From assembly GCA_963710375.1 (NCBI GenBank), contig CAVPZX010000002.1, positions 416,001 to 480,000 on the forward strand: a DNA stretch of 64,000 bases, written 5' to 3'. Below the pieces are notes generated by a model. That model ran no database searches. It was given only the letters and a program-made list of their open reading frames with translations, and was not told the DNA's origin. Positions 40,902 to 51,004 of the stretch are shown piece after piece (position 1 is the stretch's first letter; the number at the start of each line of letters is the position of its first letter). This DNA comes from Nitrospirota bacterium. Lineage in GTDB: Bacteria; Nitrospirota; Thermodesulfovibrionia; Thermodesulfovibrionales; Dissulfurispiraceae. The position numbers were made by a program, and so were the translations under genes.

Positions 40902-42014
40902 TCAGCGAGGCGTTCGAATGCAACCGTATTTATGAAATGGAGCACCAAGTAAAGTACATTTGACACGTTGTAACACATATGCTGCCAGCCCTGCAGCAGT
41001 ACCCGCCCATACCGGTGCAGGATACAACATCAGATAATAAAGCGCTGCGGGCAGAGCGAATTGAAAGCCCCTGGTTTTATAAAATTCAGCTAAAAGGCCG
41101 CGGCTGACAAAAATATTAAGTCCGACCAAAACTGCCAGGAGAAAAAGCCAGGCCAGGCTACCCGACAGGACGAAAAGCAGCAAACACAACTGCCATGCCC
41201 AATAGGCTATGCCGTTGATCTTAAGTTCTCTTGAAGCAGTGCCTGAATCCGTAAGCATATCGCCGTTGATAATCGAGTAAATAGTCCAGTACCGAGCCTT
41301 CCTGTAAGCGTTCAGAATAGACCGTATCAAAGTGAACTTAAATATGTGACGGACCGTTATTCCCGGGTCCATCACAAGCCTGCAGCCTCCGCGATTAAGC
41401 CTGTGGCTGAATTCTACATCCTCAAGAATAGGAAGGAAGTCTTCATTAAAACCATCATACTTCCTGAATGTTTCCGCAGAAATTACCATTGCATGGGTTG
41501 CTACGTAATCTGGTCTGCGGGTGTTCTTGATTTCGAAATAATGGATGAAGACAGACTGAAAGGTGCTGAAGAAGTCTTTATCATAGGGGATTGGCGTATA
41601 TGTACCACCGATAACCGTATCAGGGCCTGCCTCACTAATCGCCCTGTTCGCCAAAGACAGTGTATCAATAGATAAAAGGCAGTCGGCATCTATAAAGAAA
41701 AACACCTCTCCGCTGCTATGAAGCGCCCCTGCATTCCTTGCCTTTGCAGCGCCTCCGTGTGTTTTGAGCTCTATGAGCCTGCAGGGAAACTGCTTTATAA
41801 TCTTCACCGAATTGTCACTCGAACAATCATCGACAACAACAACCTCGAAGTTCCCGTAGGAAGACTCAAACACCGATTCCAGGCATTTGCCGATCGTAGC
41901 GCTTCCGTTATAATTAGGGATGATTACAGAGATAAACTTTTCCATTGCTGATAGGGGCGTCTTATTCAAGCTATTATTAATTAACCGTCTCACATCACAC
42001 CGGCTGATGTACAA
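40902..42014 (-). CDS. Glycosyltransferase family 2 with C-terminal TM helices
   Basis: SVIIPNYN, VVDDCSSD, ARNAGA, FIDAD, EDVE; start 42014 (TTG) or 41945 (ATG). Confidence 0.9.
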   Translation of the reverse strand: MYISRCDVRRLINNSLNKTPLSAMEKFISVIIPNYNGSATIGKCLESVFESSYGNFEVVVVDDCSSDNSVKIIKQFPCRLIELKTHGGAAKARNAGALHSSGEVFFFIDADCLLSIDTLSLANRAISEAGPDTVIGGTYTPIPYDKDFFSTFQSVFIHYFEIKNTRRPDYVATHAMVISAETFRKYDGFNEDFLPILEDVEFSHRLNRGGCRLVMDPGITVRHIFKFTLIRSILNAYRKARYWTIYSIINGDMLTDSGTASRELKINGIAYWAWQLCLLLFVLSGSLAWLFLLAVLVGLNIFVSRGLLAEFYKTRGFQFALPAALYYLMLYPAPVWAGTAAGLAAYVLQRVKCTLLGAPFHKYGCIRTPR

Positions 42015-42076
42015 TCAATATTCCTCAATTTTTTACCGTGGCTGCATGTCTCATCCTCTATTGCTTTTAATGATCA

Positions 42077-42092
42077 AGCAAGGAATATGCCA
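42077..42092 (-). promoter_or_regulatory. Sigma54 promoter of the GT2/radical SAM genes
   Basis: Minus strand TGGCATATTCCTTGCT, close match to TGGCAC-N6-TTGCW. Confidence 0.8.
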
Positions 42093-42317
42093 CACTAGAC
42101 AATGTATTATCTTCTTGATTTACTGGGATATCTTAGGAATGCCATACAGCGTGGATATGGATTAATTCCACTGTTTATGTAATTAATTACATAATTTTTG
42201 TCGTTTTTGTTTGAGAGCACCTGGGCTCGCACTTAGAAGCGCCAGCCTGGAGGCACTTAATTCTGTTTATAAAATGATTTGACATGACCGGTATGCTACT
42301 GTTATAAATAATAACTT

Positions 42318-43232
42318 ATGCTTCAGAAAACAGAGAAGATATGGATGGATGGCAAGCTGGTGCCGTGGGACAAGGCAACGGTGCATATCATGACGCACAC
42401 ATTGCACTACGGTCTCGGGGCCTTCGAAGGTATCAGGTGCTACAGCACCCCGAGAGGCCCTGCCATCTTCAAACTGGATGATCACATCGACAGGCTTTTC
42501 CAGTCAGCGCAAATATTCCTTCTGAAGATGCCATACACTAAGCAGGAAATTAAAAAGGCGATAATTGAGACCATCAAGGCAAACAAGGTTAAGGAATGCT
42601 ACATTAGGCCGCTGGTATATATCGGCTACGGAGCCATGGGTCTCTATCCAAAAGGATGCCCCATATCTGTTGCGGTCGCCGTATGGCCGTGGGGGGCATA
42701 TCTGGGAGAAGATGGCCTGAAAAACGGCATCCGGGTTAAAGTATCTTCGTTCATAAGAAATCATGTGAACTCAAATATGTCAAGGGGCAAGATTTGCGGA
42801 TATTATGTCAATTCACAGATTGCTAAAAAGGAGGCAATTTCCTGCGGCTATGACGAGGCACTGCTCCTCGATACCGAGGGATATGTCTCCGAAGGCAGCG
42901 GTGAAAACATCTTTATTTCGAGGAACAACACTCTCAAGACAACGCCACTGACCTCGATCCTCGAGGGGATCACCCGTGACAGCATTTTAACGATTGCAAA
43001 AGATTTGGGCATAGAAACGGTCGAAACCAGGTTTACGCGTGACGAAGTCTACATTGCCGATGAGGCGTTCTTTACGGGCACGGCAGCAGAGATTACCCCT
43101 ATAAGAGAACTTGACGGCAGGACCGTCGGACATGGCAAGGCTGGCAAAATAACCAGGAAACTGCAATCTGTTTTCTTTGATATAGTGAAGGGGAAAAACA
43201 GAAAGTACGAGTCGTGGCTCACTTATATTTAG
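42318..43232 (+). CDS. ilvE: Branched-chain amino acid aminotransferase
   Basis: [56 protein letters not shown] promoter upstream. Confidence 0.96.
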   Translation: MLQKTEKIWMDGKLVPWDKATVHIMTHTLHYGLGAFEGIRCYSTPRGPAIFKLDDHIDRLFQSAQIFLLKMPYTKQEIKKAIIETIKANKVKECYIRPLVYIGYGAMGLYPKGCPISVAVAVWPWGAYLGEDGLKNGIRVKVSSFIRNHVNSNMSRGKICGYYVNSQIAKKEAISCGYDEALLLDTEGYVSEGSGENIFISRNNTLKTTPLTSILEGITRDSILTIAKDLGIETVETRFTRDEVYIADEAFFTGTAAEITPIRELDGRTVGHGKAGKITRKLQSVFFDIVKGKNRKYESWLTYI

Positions 43233-43247
43233 TAGGCGCAAAGACAT

Positions 43248-43283
43248 AAAAAAAGGGCGACTGTGTCAGTCGCCCTTTTTTTT
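43248..43283. terminator. Bidirectional intrinsic terminator
   Basis: AAAAAAAGGGCGACTG-TGT-CAGTCGCCCTTTTTTTT between convergent genes. Confidence 0.9.
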
Positions 43284-43295
43284 ATAATGACTATA

Positions 43296-43625
43296 CTATT
43301 TCTTGTGACACTTAGCGCAGTTTGCCGGGTCAGATGCCTTGAAAGCCTTTGTACCGTTATGACAGGTGCCGCAGAACTTTCCTGAATTAATGTCAGCCAT
43401 TGTGATCTTCGCCGATCCCTCAGCGCCTGGCGCCTTAAACGGGAAGATTTTTGTGTGGCACTCTTTGCACATGCCAGGTCCAAGTTTAGTATTGTGCATT
43501 TTTCCGTCAAATGTCACCTTCCCCTGAGTACCGTCCGGGAATACCAGAGTCTTCATCGATGCAAAAGCAGAAGTGACTAAGCACAATGTTGCGACCATTA
43601 CAACCATAAGCATAACTTTTCTCAT
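43296..43625 (-). CDS. Triheme c7-type cytochrome c
   Basis: Signal peptide; CKECH, CGTCH, CAKCH; GGAGG RBS before ATG 43625. Confidence 0.92.
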   Translation of the reverse strand: MRKVMLMVVMVATLCLVTSAFASMKTLVFPDGTQGKVTFDGKMHNTKLGPGMCKECHTKIFPFKAPGAEGSAKITMADINSGKFCGTCHNGTKAFKASDPANCAKCHKK

Positions 43626-43662
43626 TTCTTTCACCTCCATTTCATGATTATTTTAAACACCT

Positions 43663-43678
43663 AGCATACCATATACCA
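43663..43678 (-). promoter_or_regulatory. Probable sigma54 promoter of the cytochrome gene
   Basis: Minus strand TGGTATATGGTATGCT, GG-N10-GC. Confidence 0.6.
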
Positions 43679-43728
43679 TACATTTTGTCATAGTATATAT
43701 AAAGAAAACTTATAAATAGAATTTCTTA

Positions 43729-44082
43729 CTACTTTTTATGGCACCTCGTACAATTTGCCTTGTCGTTCACGGAAAAGGCATCTTTCCCGTTATGGCAGGC
43801 GCCACAAAGTTTCCCCTTGTACATATCTTTCATAGACATCCGGGTAGGCGGACTTTCCGGAGTCATGTTTGCAAACACCCTGGTGTGGCAGTCATGGCAC
43901 TTAAATCCTTTGTTTTTATGCAGCGTTCCATCAAACACAACTCTGCCTGCCCCGCCCCCTTCCCAGACAATTGTTCTCCCCGGGGCTACAGCAAGGGCGT
44001 TTTTACAAAAAAATAACTCTGTCACGGCTATCAAGACCATCAATACAAACATTGTATGGCAAACTTTTCTCATGTGAGTCAT
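43729..44082 (-). CDS. Triheme c7-type cytochrome c
   Basis: Signal peptide; CHDCH, CGACH, CTRCH. Confidence 0.92.
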   Translation of the reverse strand: MTHMRKVCHTMFVLMVLIAVTELFFCKNALAVAPGRTIVWEGGGAGRVVFDGTLHKNKGFKCHDCHTRVFANMTPESPPTRMSMKDMYKGKLCGACHNGKDAFSVNDKANCTRCHKK

Positions 44083-45557
44083 GACAATTTCTTCTTCAAT
44101 AGTTCATTCAGCAATTGAGGATTTGCCTTCCCTTTAGTCGCTTTCATGACCTGCCCGACAAAAAAACCTATCAGTTTTTCATCTCCTGACTTGAAACGCT
44201 CAACCTCTGCTGCATATTTAGACATGACTTCATCTACTGCTTTCTCTATGGCTCCCTCATCGCTTATCTGGACAAGTCCTTTTTCCCTGACCACTGTCTC
44301 CGCGTCTTTACCGCTCCTGAACATGTCTTCAAAAACCGTTTTCGCTATTTTCCCGCTTATCGTTCCGTTCTCGATAAGACGGAGCATTCCGGCAAGCTGG
44401 CCTGGCTGTAATGGACAGTCTTCGATTGATATACCGTCTTCATTAAGCATCCGCATCATTTCACCCATCATCCAGTTTGACACTGTTTTGGGCTGCCCGC
44501 CCTCGCTGACAGCACGCTCATACCATTCAGCAACAGCCTTTTCCGAGGTAAGGAGATCTGCGTCGTATTCGGGCAGGCCATACCGGACCGCAAACCTTTG
44601 GCGTTTTGCATCAGGCAATTCCGGAAGACCGGCTTTGACAGCATCAATTATTTCCCGGCCTATTGCCATAGGCACAAGGTCAGGCTCAGGAAAGTACCGG
44701 TAATCATGGGCTTCTTCCTTTGTCCTCATGGACTGAGTAATACCCGCCCCTGCATCCCAGAGCCTAGTCTCTTGCTGGACATTACCGCCTTCCTCCAGCA
44801 CTTTTGTCTGGCGCCTTATCTCATATTCCAGCGCCCTTTCGACAAATCTGAATGAATTCATATTTTTCAGTTCCGCCTTGACCCCGAACTTCGTCTGCCC
44901 GACTGGGCGCACAGACACATTGGCATCGCATCTGAGAGAACCCTCTTCCATATTACCGTCACACACTTCGAGATACCTGAGAATGCTCCTTACCTTTTTC
45001 ATGTACTCGGCCGCTTCTTTGGGGCTTCTGATATCCGGCTCTGAAACGATTTCCATGAGGGAGACTCCGGCACGGTTCAAATCGACGAAACTGTGATTTC
45101 CCTTTCCCTCATGGATATTTTTTCCTGCATCATCCTCCATATGTATTCTCGTGATCCCGATCCTCCTGACCTCTCCGTCAACCAGTATTTCTATAAAGCC
45201 GCCTATGCATAGCGGGAGTTCGTACTGGCTAATCTGGTAGCCTTTCGGCAGGTCGGGATAGAAATAATTTTTTCTGGCAAACCTGCTATAAGGGGCGATA
45301 CTGCAGTTCATGGCAAGCCCGGTTTTGATTGCAAAATCAACCGCTCTCCGGTTAAGCACCGGCAGGACGCCCGGCATGCCTATGCAGACAGGGCATGTCT
45401 GAGTATTGGGTTCGGCGCCGAATTTTGTCGAACAGCCGCAGAATAACTTTGTATCTGTCAGCAGCTGGGCGTGCACTTCAAGCCCGATAACCGCTTCATA
45501 CTTGCACCCTCTCGGGCCTCGGGCGTCCGGCGTGAGGCGTTCAGCGTCTGACATCAT
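44079..45557 (-). CDS. gatB: Asp/Glu-tRNA amidotransferase subunit B
   Basis: [40 protein letters not shown]; start ATG overlapping gatA stop with AAGGAGG RBS. Confidence 0.96.
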   Translation of the reverse strand: MMSDAERLTPDARGPRGCKYEAVIGLEVHAQLLTDTKLFCGCSTKFGAEPNTQTCPVCIGMPGVLPVLNRRAVDFAIKTGLAMNCSIAPYSRFARKNYFYPDLPKGYQISQYELPLCIGGFIEILVDGEVRRIGITRIHMEDDAGKNIHEGKGNHSFVDLNRAGVSLMEIVSEPDIRSPKEAAEYMKKVRSILRYLEVCDGNMEEGSLRCDANVSVRPVGQTKFGVKAELKNMNSFRFVERALEYEIRRQTKVLEEGGNVQQETRLWDAGAGITQSMRTKEEAHDYRYFPEPDLVPMAIGREIIDAVKAGLPELPDAKRQRFAVRYGLPEYDADLLTSEKAVAEWYERAVSEGGQPKTVSNWMMGEMMRMLNEDGISIEDCPLQPGQLAGMLRLIENGTISGKIAKTVFEDMFRSGKDAETVVREKGLVQISDEGAIEKAVDEVMSKYAAEVERFKSGDEKLIGFFVGQVMKATKGKANPQLLNELLKKKLS

Positions 45558-47008
45558 AGCTGCGGCCTCCTTGTATGCCAATTTGTACTTTGCTCATAGG
45601 CATAGGCAACTTTAAAAATGGCCTCTTCATCAAAATGCCTTCCGATTATCTGGAGACCGATCGGCAAATTATCCGTTGTAAAACCGCATGGTATGGACAT
45701 AGCCGGAACGCCTGCCAAATTTATCGAGATAGTAAAAATATCGGACAGATACATCTGGAGCGGATCGGTTGCTTTTTCACCGATCCTGAATGCAGCGCTC
45801 GGCGATGTTGGGGTAACGATTACATCAGCCTGAGTAAAGGCATTGTCAAAATCCTGCTTTATTAATGTTCTTACCTGCTGCGCTTTCTTGTAATATGCGT
45901 CGTAATAGCCGGCTGACAAAGCATAAGTGCCGAGCATTATCCGCCTTTTGACCTCGGGGCCGAACCCCTGCGCCCGCGTGTTCATGTACATCTCAAGCAG
46001 ATCTTTTCCTCCGGCCCTGAAGCCGTACTTTACGCCGTCATAACGCGCGAGGTTTGAGGAGGCTTCAGAGGTGGCAAGTATATAATACGTTGCAATCGCA
46101 TAACCCGTATGAGGAAGAGAGACTTCAACGACACAAGCCCCCATGGACTCAATCTTTTTTATAGCCGCGTGTACCGCATCCTCCACTTCTTTATCCATTC
46201 CCTCGACAAAGTATTCCTTAGGTATGCCGATCTTCATCCCCTTGATATCCTGTCCCAGTGCCAGGGCAAAATCAGGCATATCAACCGGCGCCGAAGTTGA
46301 ATCAGAATGGTCATGTCCTCCTATGCTATTCAGCATCATGGCTGCATCCGCAACATTCTTCGTTATCGGTCCTATCTGGTCAAGCGATGAGGCAAAAGCG
46401 ACAAGTCCGTACCTCGACACGCGGCCGTAAGTAGGTTTCAGTCCAACTATACCGCACAGGGCGGCTGGCTGCCGTATCGAGCCTCCAGTGTCGGAACCGA
46501 GTGCGGCAATACATTCATCCGCGGCAACCGCAGCAGCAGAGCCGCCGCTGCTCCCGCCAGGCACACAGTCCAGATTCCAGGGGTTTTTTGTCGTATGAAA
46601 ACTTGAATTCTCTGTGGAAGACCCCATAGCAAATTCATCTAGATTTGTCTTGCCGACCAGTACATAGTTCTGCCCGGCCAGCCGTCCCGTAACAGTGCTT
46701 TCATAGGGGGGAATGAAATTATAGAGGATTTTCGATGCGCAGGTAGTAGGTATTCCCCTGGTGCACATATTATCTTTGACCGCAACAGGAACACCGGTAA
46801 GAAGGGATGCCTCACCTGACATAATTACCTCTCCGGCCGCATCAGCCATTACATAAGCAGTATCACTGGTAAGTGTGATGAAGGCCCTGACCCGGTCTTC
46901 GACCTCGCTGATGCGCTTAAAGGTATCGTCAAGGACATCCCGGGGCGTGATCTCCCGGTTGTCAAGCAGCTTCCTCACATCAGAAATAGTGAGTTCGTTG
47001 AGCTTCAC
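45554..47008 (-). CDS. gatA: Asp/Glu-tRNA amidotransferase subunit A
   Basis: [36 protein letters not shown] start with AAGGAGG. Confidence 0.96.
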   Translation of the reverse strand: MKLNELTISDVRKLLDNREITPRDVLDDTFKRISEVEDRVRAFITLTSDTAYVMADAAGEVIMSGEASLLTGVPVAVKDNMCTRGIPTTCASKILYNFIPPYESTVTGRLAGQNYVLVGKTNLDEFAMGSSTENSSFHTTKNPWNLDCVPGGSSGGSAAAVAADECIAALGSDTGGSIRQPAALCGIVGLKPTYGRVSRYGLVAFASSLDQIGPITKNVADAAMMLNSIGGHDHSDSTSAPVDMPDFALALGQDIKGMKIGIPKEYFVEGMDKEVEDAVHAAIKKIESMGACVVEVSLPHTGYAIATYYILATSEASSNLARYDGVKYGFRAGGKDLLEMYMNTRAQGFGPEVKRRIMLGTYALSAGYYDAYYKKAQQVRTLIKQDFDNAFTQADVIVTPTSPSAAFRIGEKATDPLQMYLSDIFTISINLAGVPAMSIPCGFTTDNLPIGLQIIGRHFDEEAIFKVAYAYEQSTNWHTRRPQL

Positions 47009-47142
47009 AACAACGTCCTCCTTGTAAATCGACAAGTATTAATGAACTGAAGTACTTGGAGTGATATACGTTATAACTCTCTATCAGGCATTGCAATAAC
47101 TTAATTGTGATTTTATCACTCTGATATAATATTTGCAAGGCT

Positions 47143-48069
47143 ATGAAGGAGATCATTACAGTTTCCCCGTCAGACCATTCAATGAGGCTCGATGTTTTTG
47201 CAGCCGGCAAAACAGGGACCACCCGCTCCCAAATACAGATACTTATTAAAGAGGGCAATCTGCTCGTAAACAATGCGATTGCAAGCCGAAGTTACAAGGT
47301 GCAGCCGCATGATATTATAGAAATAGTCCGCCCAGAACCGGCTGCTGATGTCCTCGCACCTGAACCTATACCGATAGATATTCTTTACAGCGATCGACAC
47401 CTTGTCGTAGTCAACAAGCAGGCGGGGATGGTGGTTTATCCATCTGCCGGACACCAGCAAGGCACATTGCTCAATGCGCTGGCATCCCGCTTCAAGAAGA
47501 TGGCAAGCATTGGGGGACCTTTGCGGCCGGGCGTGGTCCACCGTCTCGACAAGGACACATCAGGCGTTATGGTAGTTGCACTCGATGATGAGGCCTATTA
47601 CAGCCTTACCGATCAATTCAAAAATAGAACAATAAATCGGCGCTATTGTGCACTCATCTACGGCCATATCCGGGAAGACTCCGGCGAAATTATTATGAGC
47701 ATAGGACGTTCCACTTCAGACAGGAAGAAGATGTCAACGCGGACTCATCGCGGGAAAGCGGCAGTCACCCGATGGAGGGTAACCAGGAGGTTCGGCGTTG
47801 CCACGCTCATTGAGGCAAAATTGGGCACTGGGAGAACCCACCAGATCAGGGTCCATTTTGCCGCAATAGGACATCCGGTGCTGGGCGATACAACATACGG
47901 CAGAAAAACGTCAGTCGTCTTACAACATAGCCGCGTCACCTTTCCCCGTCAGATGCTACATGCTGAACTGCTTGGCTTCATCCACCCTGTTACAGGCCGG
48001 TATATTGAATTCTCAAGTCCACTGCCACCTGATATGCAGGAATGCATCGCGAAACTTTCTGGCAGATGA
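47143..48069 (+). CDS. rluD: RluA/RluD family pseudouridine synthase with S4 domain
   Basis: RPGVVHRLDKDTSG, TGRTHQIRVH, RQMLHA. Confidence 0.9.
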   Translation: MKEIITVSPSDHSMRLDVFAAGKTGTTRSQIQILIKEGNLLVNNAIASRSYKVQPHDIIEIVRPEPAADVLAPEPIPIDILYSDRHLVVVNKQAGMVVYPSAGHQQGTLLNALASRFKKMASIGGPLRPGVVHRLDKDTSGVMVVALDDEAYYSLTDQFKNRTINRRYCALIYGHIREDSGEIIMSIGRSTSDRKKMSTRTHRGKAAVTRWRVTRRFGVATLIEAKLGTGRTHQIRVHFAAIGHPVLGDTTYGRKTSVVLQHSRVTFPRQMLHAELLGFIHPVTGRYIEFSSPLPPDMQECIAKLSGR

Positions 48070-48139
48070 TCTGTTTTTTCGGTACAGCATGTGACAGTAA
48101 TGTGTTAAAATATTTTTTTGAAGTTGAAGAACAAGGCCT

Positions 48140-48213
48140 GCGCCCATAGCTCAGCTGGATAGAGCGTCGGACTACGAATCCGCAGGCCGGGGGTTCGAAT
48201 CCCTCTGGGCGCG
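48140..48213 (+). tRNA. tRNA-Arg(ACG)
   Basis: GCGCCCA/TGGGCGC acceptor stem, D arm TAGCTCAGCTGGATAGAGC, loop CTACGAA, GGTTCGAATCC T arm; CCA not encoded. Confidence 0.96.
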
Positions 48214-48255
48214 CTTGTTCTTTTTTGGACATTGACTGGTATTAGAGGAGCATTG

Positions 48256-49593
48256 ATGGGCTTGTCCGGAGAAATGCCACTGAAGAAGCTCTCGGCAATA
48301 AAGATAGCCGGCGTCTATGCTCTGGCAGGCTGCCTGTGGATACTGTTCTCTGATGGGTTAATAGCGAGACTATTCAATGATGTTCCGACTGTAATAAGAA
48401 TAAGCACCATTAAAGGCTGGTTTTTTATCGGGATCACTTCCTTGATGCTGTACATATTTATACAGCGTGAAATGGGCATGACTCAGCGCTCTGACAAGGC
48501 CCTTAAAGAGTCACTCTCCCGAATAGAAGATGAAAAAACCAAATCCGAAGCTGTGCTGGATGCTATTGGAGACGGCATCTGCATTGTCGACAGGAATTTT
48601 ATAGTAAGTTATCAGAACCATGTACACCAGAATTCCCTCGGCTACCATGTGGGCGAATATTGTTACAGTGCATATGCCGCAAATGACAATGTTTGTGAGG
48701 GCTGCCTTGTAAACATGGCGTTTACCGATGGCAGAGCCCATAACGCTGAGCGGTGCTATCCCGGCGGTAGCGGACTTCGCTATTTTGAAACTACCGCTTC
48801 CCCTCTTAAAGATGCTGACGGCAGGATAGTTGCGGGTATCGAGATCGTAAGGGACATAACCGGACGTAAAAAAATTGAAAGCGATCTGCTTAGGACAAAA
48901 AGGCTCGAATCAATAGGAATTCTTGCACGCGGCCTTTCTCATGATTTTAACAATCTCCTGACCGGCATACTCGGCAATGTTTCTCTGGCAAAAACATCGT
49001 TGAGACCCGAAGACCCTGTGTTTACCCTGCTGACCAGAGCGGAAGACGCCTGTCTTCGTGCAGAGGAACTGACCTATCAGTTGAACACTGTTGCCAAAAG
49101 CGATGAATCCTCCAAAAAGACTCTTTCTATCAGCGGTCTTGTAAGGGAGGCTGTGAGATTTGCGCTGAGCGATTCTCAGGTAGAATGTACATATGCTATT
49201 CCTGATGACCTCTGGCTTGTTAAGGTAAGCGAGCATCAGATAGGCCAGGCGATCTATAACATAGTGGTCAACTCCCGCGATGCAATGAACAACAAGGGAC
49301 GCATCACAATCAGTGCAGAGAATACTGTTATCGACCCTCACAGCGCCGACATCCTGAGACACGGAAATTACGTTAAAATAACCATTGCCGATAAAGGCGC
49401 CGGCATCGAGAAAGAACTCCTTCCCAAAATATTCGATATCTATTCCACTACAAAAGCGCTGGGGAGCAGTAAGGCAACAGGGTTCAGTCTGGCTGCGAGC
49501 TATTTCGCCGTTAAAAATCACCAGGGATATATTTTTGCCGAGTCAACGGTCGGTAAAGGAACGACCTTTTTCATTTACCTGCCCTCAGCATAA
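48256..49593 (+). CDS. Membrane PAS sensor histidine kinase (CckA-like core, no receiver)
   Basis: Two TM helices, PAS with CY..C..C, LSHDFNNLLTGILG, D.G.GI; GAGGAG RBS. Confidence 0.9.
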   Translation: MGLSGEMPLKKLSAIKIAGVYALAGCLWILFSDGLIARLFNDVPTVIRISTIKGWFFIGITSLMLYIFIQREMGMTQRSDKALKESLSRIEDEKTKSEAVLDAIGDGICIVDRNFIVSYQNHVHQNSLGYHVGEYCYSAYAANDNVCEGCLVNMAFTDGRAHNAERCYPGGSGLRYFETTASPLKDADGRIVAGIEIVRDITGRKKIESDLLRTKRLESIGILARGLSHDFNNLLTGILGNVSLAKTSLRPEDPVFTLLTRAEDACLRAEELTYQLNTVAKSDESSKKTLSISGLVREAVRFALSDSQVECTYAIPDDLWLVKVSEHQIGQAIYNIVVNSRDAMNNKGRITISAENTVIDPHSADILRHGNYVKITIADKGAGIEKELLPKIFDIYSTTKALGSSKATGFSLAASYFAVKNHQGYIFAESTVGKGTTFFIYLPSA

Positions 49594-49626
49594 ATTTCAG
49601 AATTTGCTGTCAACTTAGGAGTTATC

Positions 49627-50994
49627 TTGTCTTTTGATGAGCGCATAAATATTACCACGGGTAATTTGTGGCTTTCCATATGGCAGCTTTCATGGCCTAT
49701 GCTGCTTATCATGATCTTTAACTTTTTAGTAGGGATGACCGATATTTACGTAGCCGGATTCATCGGCCCGGAGGTACAGGCGGTTGTCGGTTTCGTCAGC
49801 CAGCTATTCTTTCTGAATATTATCATTGCAAACGCCGTCAGCATAGCCACTATTGCCCTGCTCGCACGCTCCATAGGGGCAGGTGATTTTGACGGTGCGG
49901 TAAAAATAGCGCGTCAGTCGCTTATATTCGGTATTCTGGCTGCTTTGGCGATAATGATAGCCGGCCTTGCATTCCCCCGCGAGATCGTTGCTATTGCGGG
50001 GTTTCCAGAAAACATATGGAGCATTGCAGAACGCTTCATCAGGATTTTTGCCCTTTCGCTCGGGCCCAACTATATCCTCATTATTTCCAATGCCGTGTTT
50101 CGCGCAAGCGGAGAGGTCAAAAAAGTCCTGGTCACTATGTTCCTGGTAAGCGCCGTAAACATTATAGGAAATTTCGTGCTTGTCTTCGGTATCCCTCCGT
50201 TTCCAAAGATGGGATATATAGGCATCGCACTTTCTACAGCCCTCGCGGTAACCGCTGGGATGATTATAAACTTCATCCTGTTCGCCTTTAGCAGGTGGCG
50301 GGCCATCTATAAAGCACCGGCAGAAGTCTCGGGCGAGACTATCAAAAAAATAATCAGTCTGAGCTGGCCGGCCGCGCTTCTTCAGGCCGCATGGAATGCC
50401 GGGAGCATTTTACTATATAACATACTGGGAAGACTGGGCAGCATTAGCATCACCGCTCTTGCCGCTCTCACCAACGGTCTCAGAATAGAGGCAATCATTT
50501 ATCTACCCGCCTATGCCCTAAATATGGCTGCAGCAGTACTAGTGGGGCAGAACCTGGGCGCAAAAAACGCTGCCAGGGCGGAAGAAGTGGGATGGAAAAT
50601 AGTTTCATCAGGAATTGCTCTCATCAGTGTAATGGCAATCATTATCTTCATCTGGGCCGAAACCTTCGCATCAATAGTTACAAGCAACCCTTCAGTGCTT
50701 AAGGAAACCGTCAGATACCTGAGATTTAACATGGTATCTGAGCCCTTCATGGCATTGAGTTCCATTCTGGGAGGAGGCCTTCAGGGAGCTGGAGACACCA
50801 GGGGAACAATGCGTATAATTATCATTGCCATGTGGGTCATCAGACTTCCCCTAGCCTATCTGCTTGCCCTGGGTTTAGGCTTTGGAGCAAAGGGCGTCTG
50901 GACGGCGATGGTCATTTCGATGGTCATTCAGGGTATACTTATGGCACATAGATTCCGCCACGGACTATGGAAGGGAATAACTTTAGAACATTAA
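49627..50994 (+). CDS. MATE family efflux transporter
   Basis: About 12 TM; VGQNLGA, LQGAGDT motifs. Confidence 0.93.
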   Translation: MSFDERINITTGNLWLSIWQLSWPMLLIMIFNFLVGMTDIYVAGFIGPEVQAVVGFVSQLFFLNIIIANAVSIATIALLARSIGAGDFDGAVKIARQSLIFGILAALAIMIAGLAFPREIVAIAGFPENIWSIAERFIRIFALSLGPNYILIISNAVFRASGEVKKVLVTMFLVSAVNIIGNFVLVFGIPPFPKMGYIGIALSTALAVTAGMIINFILFAFSRWRAIYKAPAEVSGETIKKIISLSWPAALLQAAWNAGSILLYNILGRLGSISITALAALTNGLRIEAIIYLPAYALNMAAAVLVGQNLGAKNAARAEEVGWKIVSSGIALISVMAIIIFIWAETFASIVTSNPSVLKETVRYLRFNMVSEPFMALSSILGGGLQGAGDTRGTMRIIIIAMWVIRLPLAYLLALGLGFGAKGVWTAMVISMVIQGILMAHRFRHGLWKGITLEH

Positions 50995-51004
50995 TGGAGA
51001 GAAT

